A DNA stretch of 33,365 bases from Basidiobolus meristosporus CBS 931.73 (Eukaryota > Fungi > Basidiobolomycota), in contig MCFE01000820.1 of assembly GCA_002104905.1 (NCBI GenBank), positions 1 through 33,365 on the forward strand. The letters are read 5' to 3'. Positions 9,101 to 20,880 of the stretch are shown piece after piece; within the stretch, counting starts at the first letter, position 1, and each line of letters begins with the position of its first letter. A model generated the notes under the pieces. The model had not been told where the DNA came from, made no database searches, and saw only the letters and a program-made list of their open reading frames with translations. The position numbers and the translations under genes were made by a program.

Positions 9101-11322
9101 CAGCAAAATTGAGTAGCAGAATATGCTAACAGATCAATAATTGATATGGTAAGATCTCTGATCCATGATGAAAAATTATCCTATGATTATTGGGTGGAAT
9201 CAGTTGCCACTGCTGTATATCTTAGAAATAGGAGTTATGACAGAATACTTCGTGATTCTACTCCATTTGAAGCATGGTATGGATACAGACCAAGTGTAGA
9301 ACATCTAAGAATATTTGGGTGTACAGCATATGCCAAGAAATTGCCCAGAAATCAGTCAAAATTTGAGCCCAAAAGTGTAAGATGCATATTTTTGGGCTGC
9401 TGCAATGAGAGTAAAGCATTCAGACTCTAAAATACCAAAGCAAAGAAGCTAATCAAGTCCAGGGATATGTTTGATGAATATTCAAATTTTCACAAAAAAT
9501 GCCATCAGATGATAACAAAAATCTGATCTCAATTCCACCAATTGTCAGGATTGAATCAGAGCAAAACAATATGGATTTTTTTCACTCCAGAGGACTCTAC
9601 AACTGTGGTTCAGCCAGAATCAGTGCCCAGGAATATCCCATAAGTGATCATTCCAGTATCAAATGCCAGGAGATCCAATCGGACAAGAAATAGCTCAAAT
9701 TACTATATCAATGAGGGTACAAACTTAGCCTATGCCTAATCAGTCCATATTGATGAGCCCCAGAATGTAAAAGAGGCCCTAAATAGCCCTCAGACAAAGT
9801 TTTGGAGATCTGTAATGACTGAGGAATATCAGGCCCTGATGGAAAATCAAACTTGGGACTTAGTCAAATTACCAATCAACCAAAAATCAATTGGATACAG
9901 ATGGGCCTTCAAGACAAAATACTAGGCTGATGGTACAATTGAAAGATACAAAGCAAGATTTTTAGCCAAAGGATACTCTCAAACAAAAGGACTTGACTAT
10001 ACTGAGACCTTTGCACCAGTAGCCTAGTTTAATTCCATCAGATTAATATTGGCTATTGCAGCCAAATAAAAGTTTTTCATTCATCAAATGGATGTAAAAA
10101 CTGCATTTTTGAGTGAAGAACTTGATGGGGATGAGTATATGGACCAGCCTTATGGGTTTGTTGACCAAGATCACCCCCATTTGGTCTGCAAGCTTAAAAA
10201 GTTACTATATGGTCTCAATCAATCACCAAGAGCCTGGAATTGAAAGATAGATTCTTATTTGGAATTTTTGAGTTTCAAAAGGAGTAATGCTGGCTATAGT
10301 ATATACTATAAGCCACATAGAGCAAACCCAGCTCTATTAGCTCTCTATGTGGATGATCTTATTATAGCCACTAATAACCTAGAAACATTGGAAGAGACAA
10401 AATCCAGCCTGTCTAAGAAGTTCAGGATGTCCAATCTAGGAGAACTCAGTTACTACTTAGGGATTAAGTTCTCCATAGACAAAAGTACCCAGACTATTAC
10501 CCTAAGCCAATCCAAGTATATTCAAGATATACTAGAGAAGTACCAAATGGAAGACTGTAAACTAGCAGCTACCCCAATGGAGACAAACCTTAATTTGGTC
10601 AATACTCAACCAAATCAAGAGAGCTTGGTGCCATCTAAAAGCCCTGACTTTCCTTATCAATCTATGATTGGCAGCCTGATGTATATCATGCTTGGAACAG
10701 GTCCAGATATCTCATATTCAGTGGGAGTTGTCAGCCAATATAATCAGAACTATGGATCTGATCATATTAGAGGAGTTAAGCGGTTTTTAGATACCTAAAA
10801 GGAACTGCTGATATCTGCTTAAGATACACTTATAAGGATTCAGAACAGGATCTTGAGGGATACTCTGATGCTGATTGGGACAAAATTTGGAAGACAGAAG
10901 ATCCACCACAGGATACACCTTTCTTCACTGTAAAGGAGCAATTTCATGGAATTCAAGAAAGCAACCAACCATAGCACTTTCTACCACAGAGGCAGAGTAC
11001 ATAGCAGCCTGTGACACTACAAAAGAAGCAATGTGGCTGAGAAAGCTTCTTACAGATTTAGGCCTATGTCAAAAAATGCCTATTACTTTATTTCAAGATA
11101 ATCAAGGAAGTATACAATTAGGTAGGAATCCAACTTTTCATGCTAGAACCAAGCACATAGGCATCAGACATCATTTCATACATGAAGCTATAGAGAATAA
11201 CTTAGTTAGCTTAGTGTACTCCCTACAGATGAAATGATTGCAGACATATTTGCCAAACCATTAGCGCGAGACAAGTTTGAATATCTTTGGTCAAAATTAG
11301 GACTAGTCAATACAAACATTTA

Positions 11323-11334
11323 GCTGAGTGGGAG
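11323..11334 (+). other. Polypurine tract of copia A
   Basis: GCTGAGTGGGAG immediately 5' of the LTR TG. Confidence 0.8.
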
Positions 11335-11683
11335 TGTTGTAAAAATTTGTTTTTCCACCTAAACATTCACCTAACTTAGTCACTTAGATCATTACCTTCA
11401 TATCTTAGAGAATACTGACCAAATTCCTTGTTGGGATTCACTTAGAATATTTTTACCAAAATACCAGGTACCCAGAACATCAAAATTCTCAAAGTTGTCC
11501 AAACAGCCTCAAATTTTGCGCACATGTTCTTAGGACCTTTCTTAGCCTATTCTATGTGTTGGTAATACCAAGACCAGGTAAAAGTATAAATACTACTTTT
11601 ACATTGAGTAAATCATTAAGTGCAAACCGCATAATCTACTTGTTCTCCCAATCACTTCTAATATCTCCAAGACTTTTACAACA
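11335..11683 (+). repeat. Copia A 3' LTR (349 bp) followed by ATATC
   Basis: TGTTGT..TTACAACA after the PPT; ATATC at 11684-11688. Confidence 0.95.
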
Positions 11684-11811
11684 ATATCAACATTTGACTC
11701 CCAATGGTTTCAGTGTACTCTGGGTAAAATTGCTCCAGAAGGCCACCTGAATAAGTACATATCCAGCTCATCCAGTTCAGGTATTTGTATTGTTGCTTAT
11801 GTGTATCAATA
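11684..11811 (-). pseudogene. CACTA-like transposase fragment duplicated from or to 813-941
   Basis: One substitution and one 1-bp indel relative to 813-941. Confidence 0.85.
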
Positions 11812-11909
11812 CCCTGCAAAAAATAATACTGAGGATCCTGTCAAAGGGTTGTCACAAAGCTTATATCTGGTGACTAAGAGGTAGTGATGCAACAAAGACA
11901 CCATGCAAA

Positions 11910-12150
11910 TGTTGTGAGTCTTGAAGATTTTGTAAGTGACTGGTAGAACAAGTAGATTGTGGTTGTCACCTAATGACTTATTGAATGTAAAGGTAGTATC
12001 TATACTTCTACATGGTCTTGGTATAACAAATACATGGATTAGGTTTGGGAAGGTCCCAAGATCATGTGTGCAAAGCTTTGGGCTGTTTGGGCAACTTTGA
12101 GAATCTTCATGTTCTGGGTACCTGATATTTAGGTGAAAGTATTCTTAGTG
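11910..12150 (-). repeat. Partial copia A LTR, inverted
   Basis: TGTTGTGAGTCTTGAAG is the reverse complement of the LTR 3' end; homology fades near 12150. Confidence 0.75.
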
Positions 12151-12332
12151 AGTCCAGTATATTGGTGGCTATTGGTTGGTTCCCTGCTTATTCTCTCACT
12201 TGCTTATCCCAGACACTCAATGATCTCCTGCACTTGTGTGTTTTGATTGGCTATTGCCTATTTCTCATACTCATTATTTCCTGACTTAACTGACATGCTT
12301 ACTTTTCATATATACCAATTGGTTCATTTCCT

Positions 12333-14380
12333 TTAAAACTCTAGTAGTATCTCAATTGCCAATTGTACTGGCCAATACAAGTCCCTATGCCTAACACTGA
12401 CTTTAATCACAACCTTACACTCAACAAATAACCACATTGAAATCCACCACTCAATAAGTATTTCTGTCAGAATGCCCTTTCCATGACTTTGGCAGGAACC
12501 CTGTGGCTTTATGGCATTGTTCATTCTCTGGTTCTCATACATCCTGGTCATCAGCCAGCACTGCAAAGTCTTGCACCTGGTCTGTCAGTCTTTGCAGTAA
12601 ATCCTTGCAATATTCAAGTGCCTGTTAAGAATTGGTCTTGAAGAAGTGCAGCAACTGCTTGGTGTGCCTATTGATGTTCCAAAACTCCACTGCAGACATT
12701 GTCATAGTCCTTGGAGTTCTTGATGTTGTTGCTTTGTCTGTTAGTGGGATCTCCACACCATCTACAATGGAGGATGTTGAGGTAGTGGTAGACCAAGTAT
12801 CTTTCTCTTCAAGCTCATCTACCTCACTGGAGTGTAGCTCAACTACATGCACTTCCAACTCTTGTGGAAACTCAACTACATACATTTCCAACTCTTGTGA
12901 AAACAGTTGTTGACTTGTTGTTAAATCTTCTTGGCTAGTATGAGACAGAGCATGTTCCAGGCAGACAGCAATAGTTAGTAAAAACTGCAGCTTTTTTCTT
13001 ACACCTCCCTGCCTCTGGCTTGGGTAGACTTTTGCCTGATTACATTGATCACTGCCAAACCTTTCACTGCTACTTTGACTGAGTGCATCTTGCATTGTAC
13101 TGTGTTGTCTCCTAGATAAGTGCCAAACCAATGCATCCACTTGTGCCTGCTTGTCCCTCATCAGCTACTCTTCTAGCTTCTTGATGTCTCTTTCCTGCTT
13201 GCTTTGCCTTTTCACCCTGCTTGTGACAGGCTGCTCAGAAAGCCACAGGTTCTTCTTCTGGCTATGGGTCCCATCTTTGCCACTTGCTTGGAGCTTTTAG
13301 CCCTGCCTGTGAGAAGCTCTTGAGGAAGCTGCTGGCTTTTAGCCATGGTGCCCTTGTTCTTCTGCCATCAGTTGTGTCTGCTATTATTGAGATATTTTCT
13401 AAGCATACCAATGTTGACCAAAAGTCTACTTGCTTACTGGCAGCTGATGTGAAAATTTGTAATTGCACCAAAATATACACCAAGCTTAGTCCAATCATTA
13501 CCTACAAATCTTATGAAATACCAACCAAATTCCTTGTTGGGATTTACTTGGAATACCTTCACCAAAACACCAGGTACTCAGAAAATGAAAATTCACAAAG
13601 TTGTCCATCAGCTCCCAACTTTACACACATGTTCTGGGGCCCTACCTAAGACTATTCTACATGTTTGTTGTATTGGCACAATGTAAAATTATAAAATCTA
13701 CTTTTACATTGAAGAAATCATTAAGTGAGAACCACATAATCTACTTGTTCTCCTAATCATTTCTGTTATCTCCTAAACTCCAACAACAGCAGCAAGGATA
13801 ATGTTCATGGAGCAGATCAAGTATATTCTGCTTGGCCTTGAGTTCCTGATAGTCTCACAGTATGCTGGCCTTAAGGTGATGCTATGCTAGACTTCTTATG
13901 GCCACTTGATTATTAGCCAATTTTTCACCATTGCATTCAACAGCTTCACCAATCTTCAATATCTTTTGATCTTTAGGTCTGGGTTAATATCACAGTCTCC
14001 CCTTCCCATGCTGTGATTGACTTTTCTGTGGTCTCTATGGGTCAATGTTGTTGTGCTTCAAAAACTTTATGGTGCACCTCTGCTGTTACAGCAGGAATTG
14101 GCTCATTTCTTGGCTGTAATATTAAGCTACTGGAGTTCCTTCTTTGCAGCAAAGATAGTGTATTCTCTGCTTAGGATATGGATTGCTCTTCACATGTTAT
14201 CCACTAGTTCTGCCTCTGGACTATTTTCTGATTTCTCTGGGCCATAGCATCAGTTTTATTTGCCACTGCACCTAAAACTCATTCATGCTTGGTATGAGCT
14301 GACAACAAACTTTCCAATACTGGCAATGGTGATATTGTGCTGGCCACTTACTGGTCCACCAATAGAAGTATTGTGTTTGC
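12333..14380 (-). pseudogene. Decayed paralog of the accessory gene, split by a solo LTR
   Basis: ORFs 12333..12566 and 12625..13161 match 1070-1950 (EILIEW..VEC..VSV..RDLY..QLAIE; VEFWNINRHTKQLLHFFK). Confidence 0.85.
13445..13788 (+). mobile_element. Copia A solo LTR (344 bp), TSD GCAGC
   Basis: GCAGC at 13440-13444 and 13789-13793; TG..CA termini; homologous to the other family A LTRs. Confidence 0.9.
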
Positions 14381-16460
14381 AACTGCACTTCAGCCAGAAT
14401 TAGTGCCCAGGAATATTCTGGAAATGATCATTTCAGTATTGAAAACCAGAAGACCCAACTGGACCACAAGTACCCCAAATTACTTTATTGATGAGGGTAC
14501 AAACTTGGCCTATGCTTATTGAGTCCATATTGAAGAGCCTTAGACTGTAAAAGTGGCCGTAAATAGCCCTCAGACAAAGTTTTGGAGATCAGCAATGACT
14601 GAGGAGTATCAGGCCCATATGGACAATTGAACTTGGCACTTGGCAAAAATACCAATAAGCCAGATATCAAATGGATGGAGATGGGACTTCAAGACAAAAT
14701 ACAAGGCTGATGGTACAATTGAAAAGTCCAAAGCAAGACTGGTGGCCAAAGGATTCTCCCAAACAAAAGAACCTGACTATACTGAGACCTTTGCCCTGGA
14801 AGCCAAGTTTAAATCCATCATATAAATGTTGGCTATTGCAGCCAAATATAAGTTTTTTATTCAGCAAATGGATGTAAAAGCTCCATTTCTGAATTGAGAA
14901 ATTATTGAGAACATGTACATGGACCAGCCTAACAAGTTTGCTGACTAAGGTAACCCCCACTTAGTCTGCAAGCTTAAAAAATTAGTATTTGGTGTCAAAC
15001 AATCACCAAGAGCCTGGAACTCCAATATAGTTTTGTATTTGGAATCTTTGAGCTCCCAAAGGAGTACTGCTGACTATAGTATATACTATAAGCCAGATAG
15101 AGCAAGTCCAGTTCTATTAGCTCAATATGTGGATGATCTTACTATAGCCACCAACAACCTACAAATACTGGAGGAGACTAAATCTGGCCTATCTAAGGAG
15201 TTCAAGATGTGCAAAATAGGAGAGCTCAGGTACTACTTAGGAGTAAGGTTCCCCATATACAGGAGTACCCAGATTATCATGCTTTGCCAATCCAGGTATA
15301 TTCAAGATATACTCAAGAAGTACTAAACAGAAAGCTGTGAGCCAGCAGCTGCCCCAGTGCAGACAAACCTTAACTTGGTCAAAATACAGCCAAGTCAAGA
15401 GAGTTTGGTGCCATCCAAAAGCCCTAACTCTCATTATCAATCTACGGCAGGTAGTCTGATGTTTTTCATGCTTGGATTATATCTAGATATTTCATATTCA
15501 GTGGAAGTTGTCAGCTAGCATAATCAGGACTACAGATTTGATACTATTACAGCAGTTGAGCAGATTTTTAGATACCTAAAAGGAACTGCTGATATCAGCT
15601 AAAGGCACATCTACAAGGATTCAGAACAACATCTTGTGGAATAATCTGAAGCTGACTGGGGACAAAATATAGAAGACAGATGATTTACTACTGGATACAC
15701 CTTTCTTTGCTGTAAAGGAGTAATTTGATGGAATTCAAGAAAGCAACCAACCAGAGCACTTTCTACCACAGAGGCAGAGTATATGGCAGCCTGTGAAGCC
15801 ACAAGAGAAGTTATGAGCCTAAGAAAGCATATTGAAGAATTAGCTTAATGTCAAAAGTGCCTACAAATTTATTTCAAGATAATCAAGGATGTATATATTA
15901 GGTAGAAATCCAACTTTTCATGCTAGAGATAAGCAAAGAGACATCAGATATCATTTCATATGTGAAGTTATAGACAATAACCAGGTTAACTTGGCCCACT
16001 ATCCTACAGATGAAATGATAGCAGATATATTTATCAAACCGTTAGCTAGAGACAAGTTTGGTTATCTTTGGTCAAAACTGGGACTATACAGTATGAGTAT
16101 TGAGTCAAGTGGGAGTGTTGTTGTAGTTAGTAGCTCCACTTAAATATTCACCTAACTTGGTTGCTTAGCTCATTGGCTACAAATTCTAGAAATACTTGCC
16201 AAATTCCTTGCTGGGATTTACTTGGAATATTCCTACCAAAATATCAGGTATTCAGAGCATGCAATTCTCATACTTGTCCAAACAATCCCAAACTGTGCAA
16301 ACAGCTTCTTGGGACCTTCCTAGATAAAATATATGTGCTAGTTGTGCCAAGAACATGCAAAATTATAAATACTACTTTTACATTCCATAAATCATTAGGT
16401 GAAGCCACCTAATCTACTAGCTCTCCAATTGCTTGCTGTATCTTGAAGACTCTTACAACA
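14381..16460 (+). mobile_element. Second copia A 3' half (RT-RNase H pseudogene, PPT, 3' LTR 16116-16460)
   Basis: KARLVAKGFSQ, QYVDDL, STTEAEY; colinear with 9600-11683; PPT AAGTGGGAG before TGTTGT at 16116. Confidence 0.92.
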
Positions 16461-17330
16461 GCAAGTACTCCCATATCCCAACCTCATCATAAATATGACC
16501 TTCAAGTCCATCATGGATGTAATGAGTTGGCACATGGAGGGCTGCCAGGTATAGTTGGAAAATACAGAGGACAGATGTGCGCATGGAAACACCTGTACCT
16601 TTGGTACTGCAAAGCTAATCAGCCTCAATGAATGTATAATCAGTTAAGTAAGGCAAGGTTGGGATGGATACAACAAGCCACTAATTTTATTAGAGCAACT
16701 TTACCAAAGTATACCAAGTTTCTTCTAATTACAAGCCGGTTTTTATACCTATCAATACAGAATCCACACAAACAAGAACCAGTGCACACTTATAAGGGGG
16801 ACTAGAGTCCAGCAGTGAGAAGAAATACATTATCATTGCACCAAGAGGTATTTCAAGTATATTTAGGATATATTTATGGCAAAAATGGTGGCAACCAGGT
16901 AAATGTATGAAAGATGTTTAAGTTACCAGAAATCCAAGGTATATGGCAGCTTTGCAAGTGCCTCATTGAGAAGCCATAGGGTTGAGGTGATAGAGGTGTG
17001 TCAATTCCAGCCTGTGTACGCATATGAAGAGGTCAGTATGCAGGAGGCCATAATTATCTGAATTCAAACTATATATGTAATGCCAATGGTAATGATGTGC
17101 AAACAAATAGGCTGGGGGGACTCTACAGTGGAATATATGAATGGTGCAAGGGGTGGTAGAAAAAGGAAATACTATCTGGTACCTTGGTACAACAGCTTAA
17201 CTCACTACTAGCTGTAGGTAGTAAAACTGCCAGAACAATACCAGCAGATGTCCACATCAAGGCCATCAAAGCACTATCAAGTTTTTTTCCAAATTTAAGA
17301 TTGGCATATATTGGCTAGTTGGGTTTTCAT
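16461..17330 (+). pseudogene. CACTA-like transposase 3' remnant
   Basis: QVLPYP-type and downstream sequence colinear with 6655-7510. Confidence 0.8.
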
Positions 17331-17789
17331 AAATATATTTAAAATGCAATTTGATTGTTGGAATGCAATTCAAATTTCTCCAAATGACCACTAAACTAAT
17401 GAAAAGCTTGGTAACCATTTTAGCAGTAAACTCAGCAAAAGACTATTATGATTTGGTCATAACATTGTGATAATGCTAAATAATATCAGGCTGCTGGCTA
17501 AGCCAGATATCAGCTAGATATCAGGAATTAGTGAAGTAATGAGTCTTGAGAAAATCTGAGACTTTGCCAAATGAGCTGAATCTTGGCTCATGAACTACTA
17601 AGACTTCCCTAGTAGTGAGCAATATTTATGTTTACATAGTTCTGCAATAAGCATTGATACTGTGCTGCAACCCAGTAAGCCAACAAGTGGATACCATGTA
17701 GATCTTCTAATTCTCCAGTTTACTTCCAATGTATCTCTCTGATACTTCCACAAGCATGACTCACTAGCACCACTTGCTATCTATACACT

Positions 17790-18621
17790 TATGCAACTAT
17801 ACAAATGCAAGGACTGAATGTACTGGATATTTCCTTATTCAACTAGCCTATCAGGGTTACTTTTACCTAGTGCACATTGGAAACAATGGGAGTCAGATGT
17901 TGATATTTTAAGAGTACTTGTTTCACAAGAGGTTCACCAATGTCTTTTTAGCATATCTACCAATTCATTCAAGGAGTTTGTATTGCAATTTAAGAGGCTA
18001 TACTACAATCATCAAGCTAAGCACAAAGATCTTACAAGCAGGATTAGAATTGAGCAGGGAGAAGAAACATATTGGCTAGGTACTGAAAAGTATTTTGTCA
18101 GCATTCAGGAGGCATTCACAAAAGAAGTGGCTGCAACCAAGCATATGCTTGCAAGATGTATATGTTACCATCATTACAAGGCATATGGCAACTTTGCAAA
18201 TATAACACTGAATAGCTCTAAAGTTGAGGTAACAGATATTTGTCATTTGCAGCAGATTTGTGCATATGTGGAGGTTGGTAAGCAGGAGACCATAGTTTCT
18301 TTGGCTCAAACAACATGTCAAATACCTATTGTAGTAATGATAAAGCAAATAAGATTGGGGCAAATATACAATGCAATATATGGATGGTGCAAGGAGAGGT
18401 AGCAAAAGAAAGTACCCGTTGGTAAACTGGTATAGTAGTGTTGTACAGCACCAGCTGTAGGCAGCCAAACTGCAATCATAATACTAACAGATGCGTGCAT
18501 CAAGGCTATTCAATCACCTTCAAGTTTTTTTCCATATACAGTATTTGCCTGAGCTGGCCAGCTTAGTCTGCTCAGATGAGTGTAGACTGCAATAGAACCA
18601 TGCAAATATGACTTAAGGACT
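17790..18621 (+). pseudogene. Third plus-strand CACTA-like transposase 3' remnant with internal deletion
   Basis: ORF 17818..18402 fuses the HWKQWES..FKRLYYNH segment directly to RIRIEQGEE, skipping roughly 470 bp present in copy 1. Confidence 0.8.
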
Positions 18622-18993
18622 TATTACAAATCTTAATATAAGATATGTAGAGGAATAAAGAGTTTGGCTAGTATTTACTCAATAAACTTGAACTAATCAT
18701 TATTAAGGTTCCAGCAGCTCCTCAAATATAGTTTGCCAGATCAATTGCTGACTAGTTGTATTTCCCAATGTAGATTGTGGCTGATGACTCATTTGACTGC
18801 ATCATCATCATCAAATCAGATCTTACTTAGAATACTTATTTCTGTCTGATAAAGATCTGCCAACTAATACCACTATTTTGATAGATAATACTGATATGCT
18901 GATATGTTAAATATAAAACTGATTGCTTTCATCAAATACCAATCTATCTTAGAAGCTGATCTGACTTAGACAGTCAAGCATCAGCTCATAATA
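18622..18993 (-). repeat. Degenerate gypsy 3' LTR
   Basis: Aligns to the reverse complement of 31864-32231, with the degenerate PPT adjacent. Confidence 0.9.
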
Positions 18994-20880
18994 TTCTTCA
19001 CTACTAAAGCTGAGAGGGTTCTCCTGATTCTCTTTTCTTGTGGTAACAGTATCTTGATGGTTTAGTATTGTCAGTAAGTCTTGCATGCTTGAATCTGTCT
19101 CTATGAGTTAGAACTTCTTGTATATTACTTTGTTTGTCTACTAGTAGGTAAGTTATAAATGGATATTTTTGATGGTCTTGAGTGGCCCTATCCATTGTGG
19201 TTCAGACCTCTTGCAAGTATTGTTTCTTAGCAATACAAAGTTCCCAGCTGCTCAAGCCTCTGGTGATATAGTGTTATCAAATCTCTGCTTCATCTTTTGT
19301 GCCCATTTAGAGACTTTGGCCTGAGCCTCCTGATGTTTTTGTTCCAGTTGTTGGTGTCTACTAGACTGACCAAGCTCATCCTCCAAGCTGTTAGTGAGTT
19401 TTGGCTGTGAAACATTGCCTGGAATTCTTGATTCATACCCATATACCAAATAAAATAGCAATTGTTGGGTAGTGTAGTGCACCCTAAATGTGCAGGCAGA
19501 CAGTGCTTGGTCAAAATACTCATCCCACCTGCTTACAGCTCCATTTGCATACTTGGTCACCATTTTCCATATAATCTATTAAATCACTCAGTGACTCCAT
19601 TAGTTCTAGGGTGATATGCCAAAGTTTTTAGATGTTTGATCTGCTGCATTTCCAGATAGGCTTCCAATGTTTTTGCCACAAAGTTTGCTCCTCTATAAGA
19701 TAGGATTTCTGCAAGGCATCCAAACTACCTCAGGATCTCATGGTAGATGAAACTTGCAGCCCTTGCTCACTGGCTACAGGTACAGCTTAACAACTGGCCA
19801 TTTAGTAGTATGGTTGTTTGCTACTAAAATCCAACAATTGGGTTTCAGGTAGTGGGCAGTCTTCCAACAAAGTCAATTCCCTATTTTTCAAATGGTCTTA
19901 ATGGAATTAAGGGAAGGAGCTCAAAAATTCTCTGGGGTTGACCTTGGTTGATTTAGCAACTTGGGCATGTTTTCACTGACCTCTCAATATTTGAGTCCAT
20001 TTGGGGCCACCATGCTCTAGCTTTTACAAGGCTATGGGTTCCCTCAATTCACAGATATTCAAATCCATTGTGTAGCTGGTGTATTAAGTCCAGGGAAGCA
20101 ACATAGGGGCAATAGGCAATAGAGTTTCCATAAATAGCTTGGTAAAGTGTTGCATCCTGCACTACAAATTTACTAGCTTCATCCTGGATAATCTTCTTGA
20201 TGTCTTCATCTGCCTCATTAGAAATGGCTGGGTCCTATAATTACATTGATAATAGGCTGGGTCAATCTGATTCATGCACAAAGTTGATTTGGGCAACTTG
20301 TTCTAGTCTTGATTAGGCATTAACAACCATCTTATTTTTCCCAGGGCACTAGACAATCTCCAGGTCTAATTGTTGAATGTATTCACTCCATTGTGTCATA
20401 CTTCTGGATGTCACCCTCTGAGTAAATATATACTTGAGTGAGGCATGATTAATCTTCACAATGCACTTGCCTCATTCAATGCAGCATCTCCAAGTCTTCA
20501 GGCAGTGTATTATGGTAAGCATCTCCTTCTCATGCACAGAATAGTTTTGTTCTGTTGAGGTCAGTTTGTTAGACTCAAAAGCAAATGGGTATTCTTTTCC
20601 CTTATGTTCTCAGCTCAGTACTCAGCCAATTGTATAATATGAAGCATCTATGCACTGAGTGAGCTCTTTTCTGAAGTCAGGTATTTGCAAGTTTGGCAGC
20701 TTGGCAGGTTCATTCTTGAGCATCTGAAATGCAGTTGTACAGGTTATGTCCCAATTCAAGGTTTTGCCTTTCTAAAGGATGTCAGCCAAAGCAGCTGCAG
20801 TACTTGCAAAGGAGTTGAAAAGTCCTCTATAATTGGAATCCATTCCAAGAAATAAACTGAGCACTGAAAGGCTATGGGGC

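Larger units (their letters stand above)
7754..11683 (+). mobile_element. Ty1/copia family A element, 5'-truncated in gag, pseudogenised (gag-PR-IN-RT-RNase H, 3' LTR)
   Basis: Gag CNYCKMKGH knuckle; protease WYIDSGASQH at about 8218; LWHRRFGH; IHSDLCGP, SDNGGEY; RT ALYVDDL; RNase H RRSTTGY..ISWNSRKQ..STTEAEY; many stops and frameshifts. Confidence 0.95.
11812..17330. mobile_element. CACTA-like copy 2: candidate CCC left terminus, accessory gene remnant (-), central deletion, transposase 3' remnant (+)
   Basis: Begins CCCTGCAAAAAA; 12197-14380 is paralogous to 942-2875; 16461-17330 is paralogous to 6655-7510; the right boundary is approximate. Confidence 0.6.

Noticed and set aside
17560-17760. 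Minus-strand hints of a chromodomain, integrase zinc finger or hAT dimerisation motif
   Set aside because: No frame gives a convincing motif; left unassigned
17818-18402. 194-aa ORF as a novel gene
   Set aside because: Chance in-frame fusion across a deletion in a transposase remnant
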